A DNA stretch of 29,243 bases from a virus (taxonomy: Duplodnaviria; Caudoviricetes): positions 1 through 29,243 of IMG/VR virus record IMGVR_UViG_3300017778_001218; one strand, written 5' to 3'. Every line of letters starts with the position of its first letter. Within the stretch, counting starts at the first letter, position 1. Below the pieces are notes generated by a model. The model was not told the DNA's origin, did no database searches, and saw only the letters and a list, made by a program, of their open reading frames with translations. The translations under genes were made by a program, and so were the position numbers. This document shows positions 9,073-16,207 of the stretch, piece by piece.

Positions 9073-9432
9073 TTATGCTGCTTTCTCTAATGAAATGAAT
9101 GGCTTGCCAGTTTGGTTGAGTTCAATAACATTATTTAGAATTGGAGCGGGTGGATCGGTGTCGCTCCGTCGCTGTTCTGGCTGGAGGCCAGTCATCGCCT
9201 GCCGGTATCGCGCATCCCGCACCGGATCCCCACGTATCCACGCCGCAGTCACCCCCCAGTTCAGCCCGTACTGCTCGCACAGCGCCTTCATGGATTTCCC
9301 GTCAGCCAGCCACGCCGCTATGTACTCAATCGCAGCCTCCTCCGCAGGTACGTCAGGCTTCCCCTGTCCGCATTCAAGCACGAAGTCAGTCAGCAATGCA
9401 GCTCCGTTGGCGTAGGTAAGTCGGCTCGACAT
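9073..9432 (-). pseudogene. Chimeric ORF: truncated Sf6-gp1-like TerS N-terminal HTH fused to an unrelated tail
   Basis: IEYIAAWLADGKSMKALCEQYGLNWGVTAAWIRGDP...RYRQAM resembles the Sf6 TerS HTH; sequence after RQAM is tRNA-like then AT-rich; start placed at ATG 9432. Confidence 0.55.
9142..9201 (-). ncRNA. tRNA-like 3' half (incomplete)
   Basis: Minus strand: CTGGC-CTCCA-GCCAG arm, CGG-AGCGACA-CCG T-arm-like hairpin, ends CACCCGC-T-CCA; no 5' acceptor strand or D arm. Confidence 0.35.
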
Positions 9433-9577
9433 GCTCCGCTTATATACCAAAATTCGGGGGGGCGCAAATGGAGGTCCACGTTGCCGACCTCCACCTCCGC
9501 CTAGCTACCGGCCGGTGGGCGCATTGCTGGCAATTGATAACAATTCTCATCGCTGTAGTTGCCTAGGCAAGTATCGC

Positions 9578-9733
9578 TGTCTGGACTGTCTGAAGAAAAC
9601 GCTTCTAACACACAGGACACAAAAGAGAGAGAAAACTAGTAATCAATTCTGCTTGCTCGCGCGATATGGCAGACATTCCAGACACTACTGACAATTGCCT
9701 GACAGTGTTGTCTGGGTTGTCTGTGGTTGTCTG
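9578..9733. repeat. Cluster of TGTCTG/CAGACA hexamers
   Basis: TGTCTG at 9578, 9587, 9709, 9718, 9728; CAGACA at 9670, 9679; variant CTGACA at 9688, 9699; mostly 9-11 bp spacing. Confidence 0.7.
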
Positions 9734-9742
9734 ATATAACAC

Positions 9743-9758
9743 TGGCACGCTTGATGCA
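9743..9758 (+). promoter_or_regulatory. sigma54 -24/-12 motif
   Basis: TGGCACGCTTGATGCA: GG-N10-GC with exact TGGCACG. Confidence 0.5.
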
Positions 9759-9823
9759 TGCATACCGCTTTGCAATCACATAGTGACGTGCAGCGTCACA
9801 TTGTGTAATAATACGTAGCGCTA

Positions 9824-9839
9824 TGCATATTGCATGCCA
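9824..9839 (-). promoter_or_regulatory. sigma54 -24/-12 motif facing the packaging genes
   Basis: Minus strand TGGCATGCAATATGCA: GG-N10-GC. Confidence 0.4.
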
Positions 9840-9909
9840 TATTGCCATGGATTGTGTAAGTGTATGAATGCATAGCGATAAGGATATAATATTGTCAATC
9901 ATGGCAGTC

Positions 9910-9925
9910 TGGCACATCAATTGCA
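9910..9925 (+). promoter_or_regulatory. sigma54 promoter for the small plus-strand operon
   Basis: TGGCACATCAATTGCA, near-consensus TGGCAC-N5-TTGCA; GGAGA RBS at 9961 and ATG at 9973 follow. Confidence 0.7.
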
Positions 9926-9972
9926 TTGCTTACCAGTGAGCAGCGCAGATAACCCAAAACGGAGACAGACAC

Positions 9973-10179
9973 ATGAAAGCAGCTGAGTTTGAAAGCCTGA
10001 GAGACGCCGCGATATATCGCAAGAATCACGGTGGCTGGCTTTTTGTAACAGATAGGTGTGAAGCGTTCTGGTTCGATGCAAGCGTATATACGCCAAGCGT
10101 AATCATGCTGCACGGACTGGTGCGAGGGAAAAACGGCACATTGCATTGCGACAATCGCTACATCAATTCGCAAGTATAA
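9973..10179 (+). CDS. Hypothetical protein (68 aa)
   Basis: GGAGA RBS; first gene after the promoter. Confidence 0.75.
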   Translation: MKAAEFESLRDAAIYRKNHGGWLFVTDRCEAFWFDASVYTPSVIMLHGLVRGKNGTLHCDNRYINSQV

Positions 10180-10203
10180 ATACCGCCAACTGAGGAGAAT
10201 GAA

Positions 10204-10455
10204 ATGAACGCACAAGACCTGATAGCGAACCTGAAAGCCACGAATAATGGCTACCTGTTCGCGCCGACTAACGCCGAACTTGCCACTGCAAGACTGCACC
10301 CTGAACTGTTCACCGTTTCATTCCAAGGGACTATCAGCCCGAAAGGCTTTGTGTTCGAACGGTATTCGGTAACACCAGCTCCGCGTATCAGCCACGCTCG
10401 CGATGACTTTGACTATGAAGGTGCAATCATGGCCCGCCAGCGTATCGAATACTAA
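10204..10455 (+). CDS. Hypothetical protein (83 aa)
   Basis: GAGGAG RBS. Confidence 0.75.
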   Translation: MNAQDLIANLKATNNGYLFAPTNAELATARLHPELFTVSFQGTISPKGFVFERYSVTPAPRISHARDDFDYEGAIMARQRIEY

Positions 10456-10471
10456 TTCCACTGCCACTGCT

Positions 10472-10543
10472 AAAAATGTCGTTGTGGCTCTGTACGCCAA
10501 AGGTGCTGCGAAAAAAGACACGTCCGGCTTTGTTGTCGGCTAA
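10472..10543 (+). pseudogene. Start-less C-terminal remnant resembling the GP88-like phage family
   Basis: Reads KNVVVALYAKGAAKKDTSGFVVG-stop with no in-frame start nearby; matches the recalled L.AKG.AKKDTSGFV C-terminus. Confidence 0.55.
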
Positions 10544-10615
10544 TAAACACATGCACAAGATCTAATGCGATGTATTACGCAAAAACGCACTAAACCGGGG
10601 GCTTAGGAATACGCC

Positions 10616-10632
10616 GCCAGAGCGACTCTGGC
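10616..10632. other. Perfect 7-bp hairpin upstream of an RBS
   Basis: GCCAGAG-CGA-CTCTGGC followed by AAATTTTAGGGG. Confidence 0.4.
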
Positions 10633-10650
10633 AAATTTTAGGGGATAAAA

Positions 10651-11070
10651 ATGAGAATCAAAATTTGTAGTGACAACCGCGTCAAAATTTACGCCGCCAT
10701 CATCGCAATCAACGGCAAGCCTTTGGTCCATACCGCCGATGTGTCCGAAATCGAGGGGCTAGCGATTGACATGCAAAACCAACTCACCGATTTGTCGATT
10801 ATAAAAAAATTCCAGATTGGCGCAACGGCATCCGGCATGTCCGGTGGCAACGTCCCGGCAGCATACAAATACAGTCGCATTGTGAATAAGTTTCAGATTG
10901 AGCGCGGCGCGTCAGATTGGTTTTTAATTGATGTCAAGCGCGTCGAGATTTACGGCAACGCCAGCAAAAGTCGCTTGTGCCTGACTCCTGCGCAACGCGA
11001 CATTGCAATCGCAAAATTTACCGCGCAGTTTTCGGTGCAGCCGGTTGTTGCTCTGGCGGTGGCAGCATGA
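10651..11070 (+). CDS. Hypothetical protein (139 aa)
   Basis: AGGGG RBS; globular-looking sequence (AYKY...ERGASDWFL). Confidence 0.8.
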   Translation: MRIKICSDNRVKIYAAIIAINGKPLVHTADVSEIEGLAIDMQNQLTDLSIIKKFQIGATASGMSGGNVPAAYKYSRIVNKFQIERGASDWFLIDVKRVEIYGNASKSRLCLTPAQRDIAIAKFTAQFSVQPVVALAVAA

Positions 11071-11118
11071 GCAGCGAAAACGAAGCACACGGAGACGAGG
11101 ATTGACAAAGGAAAGATC

Positions 11119-11427
11119 ATGAAAAGCTACACGACAGCAAAATGGTACTTGGGCACGCATGACCACGCCGATTTTACTATCTGGGCCAACGCTGGCACGG
11201 ACAACATTGGCACGATCAATAAGCAAGCCAACGCTGCCCGCATCGTCGCCTGCGTGAACGCCTGCTCCGACATGGCAGACCAGGCGGTGGAAATCGCAGC
11301 CCTGCGCGCCCAGAATGCGGAACTGTGCAAGGCTTTGCAGTTTGTCCTTGACGATGCGAACTCGACAATCGACTATGAGACGCAGATTGTTTCACGCGCA
11401 GCCTTGGCGAAGGGGGAACGGTCGTGA
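11119..11427 (+). CDS. Hypothetical phage protein (102 aa)
   Basis: AAGGA RBS; ANAARIVACVNAC and RAALAKG motifs common in small phage early proteins. Confidence 0.8.
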   Translation: MKSYTTAKWYLGTHDHADFTIWANAGTDNIGTINKQANAARIVACVNACSDMADQAVEIAALRAQNAELCKALQFVLDDANSTIDYETQIVSRAALAKGERS

Positions 11428-11603
11428 AAGTTTCTGCGCTCGATCACTATTCTGGAAGCTGGATTATCGTGAACCGCGCAACCGGACAAGCCGTGCTGGA
11501 AACTTACCAGCAATCGGTTGCTGAAAAAGTGAACCAGTCAAAATATGAAGTGCTGACCGCGCTGCAATATCTGGTCAGATTTAACAAGGAAGCGCAATCA
11601 TGA
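11424..11603 (+). CDS. Hypothetical protein (59 aa)
   Basis: Manual translation MKVSALDHYSGSWIIVNRATGQAVLETYQQSVAEKVNQSKYEVLTALQYLVRFNKEAQS; GTGA and ATGA overlaps on both sides. Not in the ORF track. Confidence 0.75.
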   Translation: MKVSALDHYSGSWIIVNRATGQAVLETYQQSVAEKVNQSKYEVLTALQYLVRFNKEAQS

Positions 11604-11806
11604 AACCCGCGAAGAATCCCGCCGCGCAGTCCCTGGGCAGGCTAGGCGGACTCGCCACAGCATCCGGCATGACCGACGCCCAGCGCAAGGATCGCGCAAC
11701 CGGAGCCGCTGCGAAACGCTGGGCGGGGCATGTCAAGGTGGCGCGGGGGAAACGGAAAGCTAATCCCCAGGCCGCAACTGCAGCGCATTCTCCCGACGAA
11801 CCCTGA
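11600..11806 (+). CDS. Small basic protein, KGG-like motif (68 aa)
   Basis: KNPAAQSLGRLGG...MTDAQRKDRA..AAAKRW matches the KNPAAVALGRKGG...ARW pattern. Confidence 0.75.
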   Translation: MKPAKNPAAQSLGRLGGLATASGMTDAQRKDRATGAAAKRWAGHVKVARGKRKANPQAATAAHSPDEP

Positions 11807-14006
11807 TTTCCTCGATCACTTCCTCCCGCCTTTCGCGTTCCTGGGTTGCGCGTAGGCGGAATTTTTTATGTACGGCGGGATTCACTTCCCAGTGTGACGG
11901 CAATTTGTCCTGATTGATCTTTGCCTGCGGGGCCTTGACAACCCAGCCCGCATTCTCAAGGGTCACGTACAGCCCAGCCTTTTCAGCCTGCGACAGCATC
12001 GCCCATGCGTTGAAGTGTGGCCGCGTCACGTGGTCACGATGCGAAAGCGTGTGTATTTCGTGCGCTAGGATGTAGTTGGCGATTTTCAGCGCGAACGATG
12101 AACCGCCAGCGCCAAGCACGTCAAGGTAAAACTCCTGCAAGTGCGAATACTGCCAGTGCAGCAGCAGATCAGATACTCGCCCTGCCGTGTCTGCACTGAT
12201 TGATTCTGATTGGCCTGGATGCTGGCCGTACTGTGCGAGATGGATCAGGTGAAACAGGCAGCAAAGCCGGGGAAACAATCCCTCCCATTTGCGCAGCGCG
12301 GACGCCATTGATCCGGGAATGTCGGGGGCACTAGCCAGCGCATTGGCTTTAGCCTGGAACTCCATCCGCAGCGCATAGGCATCAGGGGAAAACCGTATCG
12401 GCTGATCCGGCATGGCGACCTGTTCGCGCAGCCCGTTCAGCACGGCGAGATAGGCGGACTCTGCGGCAAAGTCAGGAAGTCGGTCCTCATCATCACCCGC
12501 TGGCCGCACATTGCAGATCATAAAACGCTGCAGCAGGCCATCCTCAGCCATATCGGCCATTTTCGCCTTCAAGCTGGTAGGCGTCAGGCACCCGGCAATG
12601 GAGGCGTCCCAGTTTGGCACGGTCATGAAATTGCCGACGCGGCCTATTTTCTTGGTCCCGCCATTGTGCAACTCAAGGATGCTGTAACGATCCCCGGATG
12701 CCCCCTTGGCGCTGTATCGGTCCAAATCGGCAATCGTGCCGGCGAACTCATCGCGGTAGATCAGGATTCCGCGTGGTGAGTCCAGCAGGGCGGAGCGAAT
12801 GGCCTCAACCGTGAAGTCATTCAGCATAATCTGCTCGGAAAGCGGTTTTTCAGGTTCCTCCGGCCTTGGAAGCCCGTTTTTTACCGCATTTCTGCGTGTT
12901 TCCGCGTATTGCTCCATCGCATAGGTGTGATTTTTCATACGGTCGCCGTATGTGCGCGTCAAAGCAGCGTCTATTTTGCTGACCGGCTTAAGCCCAGCCT
13001 CGACAAGCCATGTTTTTTTGGTGGCACTAGCGCCGACCGCCAGCCCCCAAAAACAGGGCCGCTCGTGCCACTTCGTGTCGTGCAGCTTGGGCGTGCAGTA
13101 AAAGGCACCATCTGCCAGGCCCGCACAGGCCGCAAGAACACCTATCGCCACAGCGCCGGGGTCGCCGCCCATTCTCGCCGCCACATCGGCTGTAAATGCC
13201 CCTAACGGGCCAGGAAGCCAAGCCGGGTTAAATGGCAGACCTTCGTACAGTTTTGTGGACAGGTCTAGTGGATCGCCCCACAGGGCCTCCGCTGCGGCCT
13301 TAGATGGCCTATCGAAATGTTCTCGCGGGATTGCCACATAATCGCCGTGCGATCCGCTTAAAGGTCCGTCTGGAGCGTCTGAGAGCCATTCCGGCGGCTC
13401 GCCCTGCTTCGGCTCATGCAGCCCAATATCGGGTTCCTCGTCGTCGGGATGCCCCGCAAGGGAGGACGAGTCAGGGCTATCAGTGCCGCCAAGCACTGCC
13501 CGCGACGAGGAATTCTGTGATTCTACCGTATTTTCCGGCGCATCCGACGCATCCGGCGCATCCGGCCACGGAACCGCCGCAGCCTTGAGCCATGCAAGCA
13601 ATTCCGCCTGATCGGCCCACGGATGGCTCGCCACCGTCCAGCCGTCCGGGCGATCGGCGTCCGGCCAGCATATCTTGCCCACGCATCCCATGCCGCGTAG
13701 CCGGAGCATCAGCCGGAGTTCCTCGCCAATCGGCTTGCCGCCGACAATGACCACGCTGCGCCCTGCGAGCGGGGCCCAGTCGGTCAGGTCGATGGCCTCG
13801 GCATCATCGACTAGATCCGCGCCGACGTAGGCGACAGCGGCGACCGGCAGCTTGTCCAAGAGGGCGTTGAGAACATCCGCCGCCGCCTGCCCTTGGCAAA
13901 CCACAACTTGGTACTCGGCATTGGCCTCGGCATACCGCAGCCCGTAGAGCTGATTCAGTGTTGGCACTGGTGCCTGCGCTGTGCGCGCATACGCGGCTGG
14001 TTGCAT
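11760..14006 (-). CDS. DUF3987/YfjI-family replication ATPase with degenerate N-terminal TOPRIM domain
   Basis: W.ERPCFWGLAVGASATKKT (Walker A), DFTVEA, IYRDEF (Walker B), DGLLQRF, WEVNP; start at ATG 14006 has GGGAGG RBS. Confidence 0.85.
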   Translation of the reverse strand: MQPAAYARTAQAPVPTLNQLYGLRYAEANAEYQVVVCQGQAAADVLNALLDKLPVAAVAYVGADLVDDAEAIDLTDWAPLAGRSVVIVGGKPIGEELRLMLRLRGMGCVGKICWPDADRPDGWTVASHPWADQAELLAWLKAAAVPWPDAPDASDAPENTVESQNSSSRAVLGGTDSPDSSSLAGHPDDEEPDIGLHEPKQGEPPEWLSDAPDGPLSGSHGDYVAIPREHFDRPSKAAAEALWGDPLDLSTKLYEGLPFNPAWLPGPLGAFTADVAARMGGDPGAVAIGVLAACAGLADGAFYCTPKLHDTKWHERPCFWGLAVGASATKKTWLVEAGLKPVSKIDAALTRTYGDRMKNHTYAMEQYAETRRNAVKNGLPRPEEPEKPLSEQIMLNDFTVEAIRSALLDSPRGILIYRDEFAGTIADLDRYSAKGASGDRYSILELHNGGTKKIGRVGNFMTVPNWDASIAGCLTPTSLKAKMADMAEDGLLQRFMICNVRPAGDDEDRLPDFAAESAYLAVLNGLREQVAMPDQPIRFSPDAYALRMEFQAKANALASAPDIPGSMASALRKWEGLFPRLCCLFHLIHLAQYGQHPGQSESISADTAGRVSDLLLHWQYSHLQEFYLDVLGAGGSSFALKIANYILAHEIHTLSHRDHVTRPHFNAWAMLSQAEKAGLYVTLENAGWVVKAPQAKINQDKLPSHWEVNPAVHKKFRLRATQERERREEVIEEIRVRRENALQLRPGD

Positions 14007-14026
14007 CGTCCTCCCGTGGCGGTTTT

Positions 14027-14200
14027 TTATTCTTGCGCTGGCGCTGGCGTATCTGCTGCGTCTAGTTGATCCCATGAGCGCCCATGCCTGTATTCAGCAA
14101 TGCGCGCAAATGTTATCTCGGTTTTCGGTGCCCATTCGCGCAAACCGTCGATGAAACCGGCAATCTCCGGCGCGGCTGCGCGGCGTTGTTCCTTGTTCAT
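14027..14200 (-). CDS. Hypothetical protein (57 aa)
   Basis: ATGA overlap with VRR-NUC gene; MNKEQRRAAAPEIAGFIDGLREW. Confidence 0.7.
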   Translation of the reverse strand: MNKEQRRAAAPEIAGFIDGLREWAPKTEITFARIAEYRHGRSWDQLDAADTPAPAQE

Positions 14201-14667
14201 ATCTTCCCCATGAATTCTATGCACTCATCGAGCGAGTGGCAGCAAAAACTCACGCCGCCTGCCTTTGCAATATCGTCAATGAATTTCTTCTGGTGATCGG
14301 CAAGCACGCCGCCTGCGGACTTGACTTCAACCGCAAGCGTTCGCCCATCACGCAGGACACCCATAATGTCAGACATGCCCCGCGCTGTGTTCGCCCGAAT
14401 GTACCTACTTCCTTCCTTGAAGGTGCCGGAATTCTGCCTCCAGCACATGCGCACTGAAGGATGTTTTTTCAGGTAGGCAATGCACGCCTTGAGAATTTCC
14501 GCCTCGCTCATGCCTTCTGCCAATCTGCGAACTCGCGGTTTCGGCATCGCCTTGTTGTTGAGCCATTTGCCCGGAACTTCCTTGCCGGTAAATTTGCCGT
14601 AGAACTTCAGCGCAGCATCGTTGGCGCGAAGCTGATCGGCGAAGGAAATGCGGGTCTTGCGGGTCAT
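14197..14667 (-). CDS. VRR-NUC domain nuclease
   Basis: GMSDI...AVEVK...HQKKF...AGG PD-(D/E)xK pattern. Confidence 0.88.
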   Translation of the reverse strand: MTRKTRISFADQLRANDAALKFYGKFTGKEVPGKWLNNKAMPKPRVRRLAEGMSEAEILKACIAYLKKHPSVRMCWRQNSGTFKEGSRYIRANTARGMSDIMGVLRDGRTLAVEVKSAGGVLADHQKKFIDDIAKAGGVSFCCHSLDECIEFMGKI

Positions 14668-14816
14668 TTGCCAGTCACGATCTGTCGCACGCGCTGGCGA
14701 GTTATCTTGTACTTGCGACCGATATCAGCCATTGATGCGCCGTCAGCCTGAAGGGCTAACATCGCGGCTCGCCTGGTGCGCCACTTGTCGAGTAAATTCT
14801 GGTGTTTTTTCTTCAT
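14664..14816 (-). CDS. Small HTH regulator (Cro/sigma-region-4-like, 50 aa)
   Basis: GASMADIGRKYKITRQRVRQIV HTH; ATG at 14816. Confidence 0.8.
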   Translation of the reverse strand: MKKKHQNLLDKWRTRRAAMLALQADGASMADIGRKYKITRQRVRQIVTGK

Positions 14817-14823
14817 GGCCGGG

Positions 14824-14852
14824 AGTATGCTACGGAAAGACTTTACGCGCAA
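14824..14852 (-). promoter_or_regulatory. sigma70 promoter, probably leaderless
   Basis: TTGCGC-17 bp-CATACT, 7 nt before the ATG; no RBS. Confidence 0.55.
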
Positions 14853-14865
14853 CTGAAAATAAATG

Positions 14866-14895
14866 TTGACAAGTCTTCCCGAACGGAATTATGCT
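14866..14895 (+). promoter_or_regulatory. sigma70 promoter for the recombination/early operon
   Basis: TTGACA-18 bp-TATGCT with A-rich upstream element. Confidence 0.65.
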
Positions 14896-14926
14896 TCAGC
14901 CATCGAAACGCAACAGGGGCAGCAAA

Positions 14927-15172
14927 GTGACAAAGCGCATCCGCAAGCAAGTAACCTGCAACTGTGACGCATACGCATGGCCTCACCGCGAATTCGGCGG
15001 CGCATGCGAAGGCGATATGAGCGACTGCACATGCTACGTGCCGCATGCAGGACCGCGTGATACTGAGCCGCCGGAATTGAAGCGCGACAAGTGGTGCCCG
15101 ATTCACGGGCAGGACGCTGACTACCTGCGCGACCGCAGGATTGATGACGAAATGACGGGAGACTGGAAATGA
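14927..15172 (+). CDS. Cys/His-rich hypothetical protein
   Basis: GTG start after AGGGG; CNCDAYAWPHR...C and CTC...CPIHG motifs. Confidence 0.7.
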   Translation: MTKRIRKQVTCNCDAYAWPHREFGGACEGDMSDCTCYVPHAGPRDTEPPELKRDKWCPIHGQDADYLRDRRIDDEMTGDWK

Positions 15173-15336
15173 AACTGACGCTGAGCAAGCAAGAAATTGA
15201 AGTGGTGCTGATCGAACATGCGACCAAGCTGGGGCTGAAGTTCAACGAAGTGGAATGGGATGCTGGATACAGCACGATTCACGGCGCTACTCTGGAATGG
15301 ACTGACCTGCCGCCGGAGAAGGCGGAGGAAGAATGA
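15169..15336 (+). CDS. Hypothetical protein (55 aa)
   Basis: Manual translation MKLTLSKQEIEVVLIEHATKLGLKFNEVEWDAGYSTIHGATLEWTDLPPEKAEEE; ATGA overlaps at both ends. Confidence 0.75.
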   Translation: MKLTLSKQEIEVVLIEHATKLGLKFNEVEWDAGYSTIHGATLEWTDLPPEKAEEE

Positions 15337-15515
15337 GCCGCATCCTTGGTTCTCTATTCTGCCTGATCCGCCGTAATCACGCATGGAGAAGGCTGCGCAA
15401 GGGCGAATGGCGCGGAGTGGGATTTGCAGATATCAGTCCGCTGGCGTGTCGCATCTGCGGGACGTGCGGCAAGGTTAAAGAGGTCAAGCGCAGGGTGAAG
15501 GAGGTTGCCAAATGA
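15333..15515 (+). CDS. Small Zn-finger-like protein (60 aa)
   Basis: C...H.W and CRICGTCG; ATGA overlaps. Confidence 0.7.
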   Translation: MSRILGSLFCLIRRNHAWRRLRKGEWRGVGFADISPLACRICGTCGKVKEVKRRVKEVAK

Positions 15516-16207
15516 CCATCCGAACATATGCCGACCTAATCCAAGGCTCCGAGGAATGGCTGGCTGCACGCTGTGGCCTGCTGACCGCCAGCGAAGTGAA
15601 GCTGATCGTCACGCCTGCCACGCTGAAGCCTGCATCCAACGACAAGGAACGGGCGCACATGTACGAACTGCTAGGCCAGCGCATCACCAACTACGTTCCG
15701 CCTGCCTACGTTGGCGACGACATGCTGCGCGGGTTGCAGGACGAGATTGACGCTCTGGAACTGTATGCCAAGACCTACGCCCCGATTGAGCGCATTGGCT
15801 TCATGACAAACGACAAATGGGGCTTTGTCATAGGCTATTCACCGGACGCGTTGGTAGGCACAGATGGGCAAGTCGAGTGCAAGTCCCGCAATCAGAAACT
15901 GCAAATCAAGACGCTGGTGGATTACGTGTCTGCCGGTACGATTGATCCAGACTTCATGATTCAGGTGCAGACGGGATTGCTGGTAAGCGAGCGAGCATGG
16001 TGCGATCTGGTGAGCTACTGCGGCGGATTGCCAATGGCAACGGTGCGGGTTTATCCTGACGCTAAGATTCAGGAGGCCATTATTGCAGCAGCGGAAGCAT
16101 TTGAGGCTCGCATGGTCTATGCAAAGGAAAAGTTCGATTCCGTGATGGCGTCACCTGTGCCACGGCTGATTCCGACCGAACGCAAGATTTACGAGGAGAT
16201 GGTATGA
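15512..16207 (+). CDS. YqaJ/lambda-exonuclease family protein
   Basis: QGSEEWLAARCGLLTAS, YSPDALV, ECK, QVQ..L...WCDLVSY motifs. Confidence 0.92.
   Translation: MTIRTYADLIQGSEEWLAARCGLLTASEVKLIVTPATLKPASNDKERAHMYELLGQRITNYVPPAYVGDDMLRGLQDEIDALELYAKTYAPIERIGFMTNDKWGFVIGYSPDALVGTDGQVECKSRNQKLQIKTLVDYVSAGTIDPDFMIQVQTGLLVSERAWCDLVSYCGGLPMATVRVYPDAKIQEAIIAAAEAFEARMVYAKEKFDSVMASPVPRLIPTERKIYEEMV

Noticed and set aside
9142-9215. Functional tRNA-Trp gene
   Set aside because: No 5' acceptor strand or D arm, 5-nt loop, non-canonical T loop; kept only as tRNA-like remnant
9578-9733. CRISPR mini-array
   Set aside because: Repeats are 6-7 bp with 3-4 bp gaps, not repeat-spacer sized
9781-9802. CRP site
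   Set aside because: GTGA and TCAC are 9 bp apart rather than 6
9431-9926. Track ORFs of 86 and 96 aa in the control region
   Set aside because: Implausible composition, no RBS, overlap repeats and promoter motifs
13539-13567. 9-bp imperfect tandem repeat GCATCCG.C
   Set aside because: Encodes PDA repeats in a low-complexity linker
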